Below are positions 15,001 through 27,000 of a DNA stretch of 39,986 nt, one piece after another (the stretch's first letter is position 1; the number at the start of each line of letters is the position of its first letter). The DNA is from Clostridia bacterium (GTDB lineage: Bacteria > Bacillota > Clostridia > Christensenellales > UBA1242). The stretch is taken from NCBI GenBank assembly GCA_045588795.1, contig JAZNEY010000024.1, positions 1-39,986 on the forward strand, read 5' to 3'. The notes under the pieces were generated by a model. The model was not told the DNA's origin. It saw only the letters and a program-made list of their open reading frames with translations, and did not search any database. Both the position numbers and the translations under genes were made by a program.

Positions 15001-18000
15001 GGTAAACACCGACGGAATCACTGGAATACTTCCAGATGGAATAGTTGGAATATCTCACGGACTTGGACTTACAACCGACGCTGTTCAAAAGGAATACGAA
15101 TTTACAGTAAAACTTACCGACAGCTACGGATATGTAATCACAGGAATTGGATACAATTCAGATGGTGATGACAAAGGCATAACCCCAGTTACAGCATACA
15201 CAAGCGAGGGCGTTACAACCTACTCAGGCAAAATTGAAATACTTGGCGAAAACAACCTAGTTACAATTTACGCTAAAAACCAAATGAAGAAAGATGTGTC
15301 AGTATACACAGCGTGCTTCGACACAGTATTAACAAATCCTGTTAAAACGCAAATAGTTGGTGTAACAACACTAACTGCTGATGCGACAATGGCTTACTCA
15401 TACACAGTAGGCGACCAAAGTTACACAAAGACACTTAAATTTGTTGGTTGGTATTTACTAGAACAATCAACCGGAAAAACTTCCCTACTTGCTTACGACA
15501 AGACATTATCGCTAAATGCACAAGATGAGAACATTGACAAATATGTAATAGTTAAGAAATATGATGCAGATGGAAACAACAACTTAATTCCAACCTCTAA
15601 TGTACTAAGCGTGTCAGTTGCAGGCGAAAAAGTTTCAGCAGAGGACATCTCAGGAGTATCGGGCGACACATTTGAAAATCTTGGAATTACCCTTGAGACA
15701 ATTGAAAACACTTGCATACTTGATGCACATTCATTTGTTTCAAGCGAAATTGGAAAAGATTACTCATTTGTAGGCTGGTACAAAAACGGAGTACTACTTG
15801 GCAGAAGTTCAAGTTTGCAATATGAAATATCAAAAGGCACAAGCCAAAATGTAGAGGCAAGATTCACACAAGGCTTAGTTGAAATCATTCCAGAAGTTTA
15901 CTCAAAGAACAACGAGACAGGCGAATATGAAGTTCACCCAGAAGAAATCACCTACACAATCCTAACGACATCTACCCTATCAGTAAACAAACGGGCTGGT
16001 GCAGGACAAGATGTTCTTGTAAGTATCAAACTTCCAAAGGGCTATAAGATAAACATTGAAAAGACCCAAGAGATGATGGAAACACTTGAAACAAAAATTG
16101 ACTTCTTAGTTTGTGGAAATGACCAAGACGCAGGAAGTGCATCAATACTTGTTCCAAGACTTGCAATCGAAGCACTTATAACTGAGGGATTCAGCGAATA
16201 CACTCTTCCAATTTATCTATCAGATAAACTTCCAGAAGAGCACGAACAAATTGTTCAAACATTCGGTGGTCCAGCAGGTGATGTTGCATACGAAATCAAG
16301 CGTGAGTATGACATTGATGGAGTTAAGGACTTAGTAATTCATATCACATCATATAACACAGAAGTAACAGTTGTTAACAACCCAACAGTAACACTTGATT
16401 CACACGCATTTACATTAAACACATATTACTTCTTCTACAACCCATTCGTGTACAACACTAATGATGGCAGTGCACTTATTAATGATAATAAATACACAAA
16501 CGGTTACTCAGCACTTACAGGTGATGGAACAATTGCTGTTCCAGCAGGCACAGTATTCTATTATTACTCACTGTCAGCAAGACCAAACAACTCAACATTC
16601 AGTTCACACTACCTTGCAGATGTTGAAACCAACAATGTATTTACATTAACAACCGCACCAGTAAATACAAGAATCTTAACAAATCCAGCAAAGATTAACA
16701 CAACTTACCTAGTTCGCTCAGATGATACATCACTTCCAACCTACGACTTTGATGAATATGCTCACATATATTCACACATTAAAGACATCACAAAGAGCGG
16801 TGAAATATCTTACTATACAACCGAACTTCCTCCAATTGATGAAGTGGTTGGCTTAAGCCCATTCACAGACGCAAACCTTTATATGATGACCGACAGTGGT
16901 TATAACATCATAAGTGATAAAGTTTACAGAGCACTTCCAGGCGGAGTAACCTATTTCCAAAAGGGTTCAGAAAGACAAACATTCTATGTGAAAACGCTTG
17001 GCGACTATGTAATAAGAGAAGTTAAGTTCATAGATATTGAAAGTGGTAAAACAATCGTTGGAAAACCGGGTGAATTCTATTATGAAGATGAAGAGGACCT
17101 TGACAAAGAAGAACGAACCGCAGTTACCGAAATCATTGCAGACAACGAGTCAAAGACCTACCAAACCTACGAAATAGAGTCAACCGAGAACCACTACATT
17201 GTTGAAATTATCTTGAAAGAAGTATTCTCAATTGAGTTACAAATCAAGGTAAATGGCGAATGGCTAACGACCGAAGTAAATGATGAAGTTGGACTAGTAG
17301 ACACCGAGAATTCAGTAATCAAATTTACAGATACAAACAATATTGCATTTGTAGATGAGAGCGAATTCTACAAATTCACAGTTGATGACAAAAACCAAAT
17401 CTACTTCTTAAAAGATGACTTTGAGACAACTCAATACATTCTTGAAGAGTATGCAAAGAATTGGATTGACCCACTAAATAATGTAAGCGGTTATACATTA
17501 AATAACATTACACTTATCACAAGGGGCAAAGTTCAAGACACGGTATTCAACTATGATGGAGATTCTTCAATGAGTTTTGCGGATATGCTTGATGAGTCAA
17601 GAATCCCTGTCCTAACATCAAGAGATGGAACAATTGGTATCAAAGAAAATACAATCATTGTATTAAACTTTGCTTCACCATTTGAACTACCAACAATGAA
17701 ACTTGATGCAAAAATTGAAAAAGGACTAGCCGGAACGAAACTCAACAACGCACTTGAAAACGCACTTGAAAGAGATGGCGACATTGACTACGAAGTGAAA
17801 AACATTGGTTACGCAGAGGCAAGTATCACACTTAAAGCAAACAGTTCAGTAACTGATGAAAATGGAAACATCTTCTACTTCAAGGGTTGGTATCTTGGAC
17901 AAAATGTATATGATGAAGTACTTGATAAGACAATTTACCAAGAGACACTCATCAGCACAAGTTCATACACAACCACACAAGTGGCACCATCAGTAAACAG

Positions 18001-21000
18001 TCAATATATCGCATACTACACCCCAGAGATGAAGCAAGTAATGATTGACCTATCTGGTGTAACCGAACTTGGCGGAAAGGAAGTTACAATTAATGTTGGC
18101 GGAGTTTATTGCAAAGTAGATGATTTACTAAACACAGGCACAAAGCTAACAGTAAAACCATCAATAATAACTTCTTCATTATCTACAATTGGCGGTATTA
18201 AAGTAACAAGTGGCTATGACCAAGCGACAGGACAAATTGGATTTGAAGAGGCTCAACCAGCAATAATACTTCTAGAGATTCCACTAATGCTAATTGATAC
18301 ATTAACACACTTTACAGTTTCGTTTGGTATATCAAGTTACCAAATTGAAAGTGAAAGAATTGGAATTAACGGAGATGTTGCAAAGGTTAGTCTAGATAAC
18401 AAGACAACTATCCTATCACCTGAAAATATCACAAGTGAATCAGTTGACTTAGAAATCTCATCACAAGTACAAAAGTACAGCACAAGTTACAGAGTTAACA
18501 ATGTTGGCTCAAACGCTTATGAGGGATTTGTAAGAACAGGACATCAATTCATACCTTACTACTTCGTTGAAGCGGTAGTCGCAGGAACAACTGAGCAAAT
18601 TCAAAACAACGAAATCAAGTTCTCGCTAGAAACAACAAAAGACAGAATGCCAGAGGACCCATTAAATAGGACCAACTACCAAACTGGTGAAGTTACAGAT
18701 GAGCGTACATCAGTAATACTTCAAAGAGTTGTAACTTACGGAGAAATCGCATTCTTAAAGGTTGAATACGCAGGCGAAATTGAGTACTACGGAATCTACG
18801 AAATCACAGGGCTATCAAGTGCATACAACAGATTGCACGAAGTAAACCTAGTGAACAGACTAGAATCTAAGTACATTGAGTTTGGAAGCATAGGCGAGGC
18901 TATTACTTACGAAAATGTAACATACTCAGCAATTGGAAAGGTAATGATAGCAGATGTTGGTGAGCACACCGATTCAGATGACCTATATTACAACGCATTC
19001 TACAACGCAACAACAAAGAAACTTATAGTATTAATTGATGGACACTATTACCTATTCAGATTTAATAACGACCCAACCGTTAACAACTATGTAATTGAAG
19101 AAATTACAGCAGATGTAACAGAGGGCACACTTCTTGAGTACTACCTAGACAGTTACACAGTAGACCTTTCAATCAATGCAGAGACATCACTTGGCGGAGC
19201 AGAAACAGTTTCAATCAGTTTTGAAAGAAACATATCTGCAACAGGCAAAGCATCAATTGTTATAGGCAACGGAATGCAAACCCTAGCAAGCGCTACAATT
19301 TCAATCAGGTCAGACATTGATAATCTTGAACTAAAAACAATTTCAGATTACACCGTAAGACAAACTGTAAAAGATGTCCTCAAAAAGATTTGGGATATCC
19401 AAACAGTAAGCTTCGGCGGTCAAGACACAATGAGACTAAACTACAACGCTCTACTTGAAGAAATCAATGCCCTACCAAATGTTGTAGATGGAGCAGTCAG
19501 CAGTATTCTTTACGGTGATACATATTACCGCAGAACTGCAAAAGCGATAAAGCCGGGAACAAGAAACCTACTTGACAGCCTAGTATCTTCAACGCCGGGA
19601 CAAATTGCAACATTCATTGCATCAGTTCAAGGCTCACTTGAAGATGGAAATGTATATGTAATTGCGTGCTATGATTCAGATGAGGATTCAAACGACCCAC
19701 TTAACTACCCAACCCTAACAGTTATCCCTGAACTACAAGGCTACTGGTTCATTTATACACATTCAGAAAAGGCAAACGGAACAAGCGGATTTGGAATTGA
19801 CTACAGTGATGAAGATTACAAGTATTTTGCATACGACTTCTTCAGCATTGAAGAAAGCAAGGGCGTAAACGAGTACTTATTCACCGACTACTTTGCAGAA
19901 AGACTAAAGACTGATGGAAATTACTTAGAGGCTTGGGACAACACAAACTGGACAAGCGTATCAAAAGACCTACACAGGACAACGACTTACAAAGAATACT
20001 CAAAACTAATCAACAGAAATGTAGTTTACTTTGCAGACTTTGTAAATCTATTCCCAGATATAAACATCAAGACACTAGTCTTTGGTTGGTCAAACGATAT
20101 GGCAAACACAGAAATACAAACCGACCTCAAAAAAGATTTCGTGGCAACACTAACCACCACTCCAATGGCAGGCTACACAGATACAACAATACAATTTGTA
20201 TCATTCGGATTTTTCAGAGATGGAGCAACGGTTACATTAAAACTAACAGAACTATCGGCGACAGAAGTTGAGGAAGTTACAGACTTTACTCACGGTGCAA
20301 CAAATATAACAAATGCAATAATAACAAACAAGAGACCGGGATTTGAGGAGTTCAAAGAAGAGACAGCGCTTCCAATAACCGAGACAAAAACACACTCACC
20401 AAACGGAGCAGTTGAACTTAACGCATACGAATACAATACAGATGACATAGTTCTCCGAGATGATATGGTTTCAATAATCAATGTTTCAGCGGAAATTTTG
20501 GTTAAGTTTGATATTAACGCATATGCAATCAACAGATTTGCTACTTCAATTGATTTATCAAAACTTGCAATCAAGGGCGAGAGCAACTACTTCAAATATC
20601 TAGACCTATTGGCAGAGATGGCAGACAAAGGACTTCTTGATGAATACGAGAAAGGCTATGGAACACCAAGAGAGACAGATGAAATTATTCTTGATGAAAT
20701 AACAGATGAACAAAGAGCATTATTTGTCAAGGGCGAGGGCAGTTATCTTGAAATTGAGCAAAAAGCGTTAGAGATATATCAAGGATATGTAAACGGAATT
20801 TACAAGACCTACTCGGGCGGAAGCGTAACGACAGTAAGTGAATCATTCACAAGGTCAGATGCGGTTAAACTTCTAAAAGAACTAGCAGAAGAAGAGGAAA
20901 TTAAATACGACATAACCCTAGACATAATCGAAAACAAATTGAAGTTTATGCAAAGTTTGATTACAAAATATGCCCTAGACCTAGAGAGCGTTAACAATTT

Positions 21001-24000
21001 TGGATATGCAGTACTTGAATCAACGGTAACTGAAAGCGGAGAGAAAGCAATTTACTCAACGGTTTCACCAGATGTGAAAGTAAGCCAAGCAGGCTATGCA
21101 GAAAACCAAAGCACAGTAACAATAACTGTGAACGAGTTAACGGGCTACAAGTTCTTAGGCGTACTTGTTCGAAACGAGAGTTTATACAACTCCCCACTAG
21201 AAATCACAACTCAAACGAACAACAACAAAAACGACCAAACATTCAAAGCAAGAAATGAAGTATTCTTTGCAGTAGATAACGCACAAGAATACAGAACGGG
21301 AATAATAAGAGCCAACTGGACAAAGGCTGGTTCTGGGGTATACAACTTACTATTAACAGTTTGCGGTGCAGTAACAAGTTCATACTCAATAATTGCACTA
21401 TATGAAGATATCCTATTCCCAGTGGACCTTGACATTTACAAATATAACGACGAAAGATACTCAATTGCAGAGAACAAGACCGAAGAGGGCACAATCATAA
21501 CAGAGTATGAAATCAAAGATGGCGAAGAGATAAAGACATATGCAATTGGCGACACACTTGAATCTACCGAGTTATATGGATATAACAAAGTAAGCAAAGA
21601 ATACTTTGCAATATACAAAAACAGTGATGACAACATTTTCTACAAAGATGTTAAATACACAGACAAGTATGATGGAGACATTTACATCTTAGGCGAGAGT
21701 CCAAAGTACATTAAAGTGAACTACAACCCATACACAGATGAAGATAGCTTCGAGGGTTATGTACAAGGAAGCCTACTAGTTGGTAAATCTACCCCACTAT
21801 ACTTAACAGCAATCACTTATCCATACGGCCAATTCTCTGGCTGGTTATTTACAAACTCAGTCAGTGAAGAAGAGATAAAGGAAAGTCAAAAGCAAATTGA
21901 GGCTGAAATCAACGGAGGCACTTATTACGAGTACATAGTTGATATGAGCAAGTCTTACGCACATTCACTTACTGAATTGTTTGAAAGTCGCTATGATGAT
22001 GAATACAGATTTGATAGCAGGCACTTAGCGTCAGACTTATCAAATACCCTATTTACTCCAAACAAGATTTTCTACAACGGAAAAACTTATTACGAGTACA
22101 GATACAGAGTAATTGATGATACGAACAAAGTTAACCTTGAACACACAAAACTAGTTGAGGATTACCTAGAGTTCAAGTTAAACATTGCAGATGGAATCTT
22201 CTATTCAACATCTTCATATTCAGGAATAGAATACTTTATTTCAGAAATAAGTCCAGATATGTACACCAACACAGAAATCGAAGTTCTATTTATCAGAAAC
22301 ACCGGCGAAAAAGAAGTTATTACTTTAAATGCTTGTGCAACAGAAAACGGAGACCGAGAGAACTTCATAGTTGAAGCATTATTTGGAGAATTCTCATATG
22401 GCGGAATCAAGGGAAATATGTCAGACAATGTAATGTACTCATTCAATGATGATATGTACAGCATTGGAAACATCATCTTCTCAAGAACGAGTGCAGAAGA
22501 AAAGAATGCGAACACCGAATTCTTTGTATATGTAAACGGAAAACTAGTTAACATATTTGATGCACTTAATGGTTACTATTTTGCAACTGGCGGAACAAAA
22601 TGGAAAGATTTTGTAAACTCATTAATCCCACGCAAGGCAGAGATGACCTACGGAGAGAAAGTTTCAAACGGACCAATTTACACCTTTGCAAGCGACAACT
22701 TCCATTCAGTAACAGCAGTTGGAAGCGGAATAGTAAGCACGCTAAACGGAAGTGCATACTTACCAGAAAGCGAGGACATCAAGATATACGAAGATGTAAA
22801 GACATACAACGCATACACAGAACTTGATACCGACCCACCAACGACAGTAATTGATTTCAGCGGAGTTCAAGATGCATATTCATTTGATGAAAACCCAGAT
22901 TCAAGCAATCAAGGGCACTTCATCAAGGGTGAGAAAACGAACTACAATGTAATGTCGACCAACCTATCATACAGAGCATCAATCATAGCCTACTTTACAA
23001 CAGCGTACTACACAATGTACATAAATGTTGGCGAAGTCGAACAAATCTATGATTCAAACGGTGCAAAAGATGGAAACGGTAACCCAACCGGAGGCGAAAA
23101 GACCTATTACAGTTCATTCAAGGGAGACATAATTGAAGTTGACCAAATAACCGGAGATAAATACAACAGCGGAGCAGATAAAGGCTATTTCAAGACAAAC
23201 CCACAAGGCGGAGTTCAATTATACACACTAGACAATACCGGAAACATAGTTCAAGACAAAACAACATCAAACATTGAAAATTACATTTACGATTTAACGG
23301 GAAGTGTAATTGGAAACACAACAACTATTTACACAGTTACGACAACAGAAAATTCCGGCTACAAGAAGAACACAAACCCAACCGCAACAGCATACATAAG
23401 TAATTCTCAAGAGGGACTAAAGTCAAGCAACATTGTAGACATATATGGTGATTCAAGTAAACTTACACCACTTGAACAAATGCAAAAAGGATTTTCACAT
23501 TTCCTTAATTATGACTATATTTTGTTTAGCACTGCAAAACAAGGCAACACAGTAACCACCGGCGAATTATCATCAAGTTATGTATTCACAAAACTGAAAA
23601 ATACATATATTTGGGATTATTCAGGTCAAGGCGTTGGATATTCTAAATCTTCCCCATTCTGTGTTTCTGATAGCAGTAACAATACAAAACTTGAAAGCAA
23701 TCTAATCTTCACAATGTTATTTAAGACAAACGACCCTAAAACAATGTTTAATGATAACAACTATATAATTGTTGCATTCAATTCAATGGAAGCAATCACT
23801 CAATACACATTAAGCAATTCAGTTTCAGACATCAGTCAATATGTAACAGGCGAGGGCAATAATGCAAAGGTTAACGAAGAGAAGATTCAAATCAATACTT
23901 CAAACAAAGGCCTTGTAGACATTGTTCCAATTGTTACAACAAGCGGAGATTTCACAAAGCTTACAGCAAACAACATTACAGGCGGAATCAAGAACAAGCA

Positions 24001-27000
24001 ATCATCTCTTGCAATCAGAGTAAAAGTTAAAGCTATGTCAGGTAAAGGTTACCCAAGTATTCAAATTATCTTAAACGGTTCAACCAAACAAGAAATAAAT
24101 GAAGATATTGAGGGAATGTCAAGACACAACCATTACAACGCGTACTACCAAACTGATGGAGAAAATGTTGAAGTTAAGAATTATACATACGGAAACTACA
24201 AAGCATTTAACAACGAAATCCGAACTGAAAACGGAATGGTTAAGAGCAACGCATATAATGTTATAGTTGAATGTGCATTCCAAATCAATTGCGTAGCACT
24301 TGAAATTGGTATGAATTACAACGCAGAAACAGATGGCGATACAGGATATCTTACCTCACCATCTGATGAAAATGAAAATAACGAATACTTAAAAAACATT
24401 GAAACAAACGAATTGATTTCATTGTTAATTGAAACAGGAAGCGACCCAACAAGGAAAGAAGAATACGATAATTTATGTGTAACACTTACCTCACTGTTCA
24501 GTAACTATTCAATCTACAAGTTCAAAGGTGCAAACACAATACTTGAACAATTAAACGAATTCACCGAGATACTTGAAATTGCATACAAAGAAGGAAGCAA
24601 CAATTCCATAACTGAGATATTTGACCTACCAACAGACAAAAATGGTAATAGTGAACTTTATTTTGATACGAATGATGTTGATGATGCACTTAAACAAATT
24701 GATGCACTAGTTAAAGAAGGTGCTATTGTTCTAAACAACCAAGAATTATTGTTCAGACAAGTTGCAAAACTAATGGTTGAAGACATTACGAACGCATACT
24801 TAAAACGAGAGGGTAAATCTGGTGCTCCTGCAACAGTAAGTACCGCAGCAAACAAACTACTTTCAGCATTTGAAACATATATCAAATCTGGAACATTAAA
24901 GATGACCGAATTATTTGATAAAACATCATCTCTACCAATCCTAGGTAATAACACTGTTAGTAAAAACGACAACATACACTTATTTATCAGCGGTTCGCGC
25001 TTCATAATCTACAACAGTAAAGAAGCAAAAACTTCTTCGACAGACATTAAAGAGGATATGATTGTACAGGAAGTTAAAATTTACAATACAAATGGTAAAT
25101 TAACAGACAATATGTATATGCTTATGAACGATTTCATTTCGTATTGCAGTAATGACATAGCAGAAGTTCCAGACTATAACTACGTAGACACAAACATTAA
25201 TTCTACCTCACTTCTAACCTACTATTATATGGCATCAGTAATTACTCTTTACGAAGAAGCAACAAATGTTGAAGAAAAGGATAAATCAAAAATTGATTTT
25301 AACGAAGACATACCAAAATACATAGACCATTACACAGGGCTTCTATCAGTTCAAGATTTCCTTGAAAACTTTGGAACTTATTACAACACAGTAATATATG
25401 ACTTGTTACAAACCTATACAGTTGCAAAAACATACAACACAGAAGAATATTGGCAAGAATATAAACGAATTGCAATTTCAGCATATCTTGCTTACGGACT
25501 TGTATTTGATGATTACACATTCACATCTGGAACAATAGTATTCTTTGACCACTTAAAACTTGAAAATGTTACAAGCATTGATTTGAATAATTGGTCATAT
25601 GAAAAATTAAAATCAATTCAAAATTTCAGTGTCTTAAACGAATTATTGAATCAAGTCACAAGTCAATTTGACAACATCACCTACCGCGATACATTCGACA
25701 CACCAATTGCAATTGACTTTAGCGTAATTGATTTAATTAAATCAACAGTTGACTATGCTCAATCAATACCAGTGATGCAACTCTCTGTCAACCAAGTCGA
25801 AACAATGACTCTTAGATACTATTTGCCAAATATAATAAACTTCTTAAACGACAGTGTTGATGGAGATTGGAGCTCTGATTTCCGCACAACAGTTGCTAAA
25901 TACAAAGGCAATGAAGATGATTTATTGGCTTACTGGCAAAGAGGTCTTGAACAGTTAATCAGGAATGTAAAAAGTTATACCGCAACAACATATGTTTGGA
26001 GTGATGAAAACTCTAACTATTCAATCGCACCAGATGATATATATTATTCAGGAATATCATTGGTTGACTATTTCCAAGCGTTAGATATTGTAAAATATAA
26101 TGATGACGAATGGTGTACAGAATGTTCAGAGTATGTTGGTGATTATGGTCATATGTGTTACTGCAATAATGAAGATTATACCAATATTGAAATAGATGGA
26201 TTACAGAATAAAAATGGCAGCAACAAGAAAGACAGGTTCTACTTTACAAATGATGGTTCAGATGGAGAACATAAAGGCGAAACATACAACTACTTAGCAT
26301 ATGCACTATTCCTTAATCTTAATGAAGCAGGCGGTTATGATAGTAATACAGGATCTGATTCAACCAGACATTCGCTAAAATCATTTATGGAAATAAATTA
26401 TTACACTTATCTCAACTGCACACCAACATCAGAGGTAACTCAATATGTTGAATATGTAAAAGCAAATCAATCATTCGGCCTTGTTAGTGGTAGCTTAAAC
26501 AATAGCAGAGATTTATATCGCGCAGTAATTCTTACCGCAGTCAGAAAAGGATATCACGCATCAACAAGTGATGGAACTCCAACCACAACAAGTAAATACG
26601 ACCCAATAGAAAGTGAAATGGAAGAAATTAATCCAAACCATTTATTTGGCAGAAATGAAAATGATAAAAATTACGAACCACTTCGCGCATATATTGGTGA
26701 TTATGATGCAAAGACTGGCGAAGCAGATGGAAATGGCACCCTATACAAACACCTACTATTAAGTGAAACACCAACACGAGAAGTTACAATGAATGTTAAT
26801 GGTGCTGTTCAAAACCAACCATTCTTGTACTACTTAATGAATGGCTTCAATGCACAACTTTATCAATTACAACTTGCAAACCAATACCAAGTTCTAGCAT
26901 TAGAATCTGCTGAGGAGTTAGAAAGAAACTATGCATATGATTACGGTATATATCAAATAAGAACTACATATGACAAAGGATATGGCAATGAGCTCCTCAC

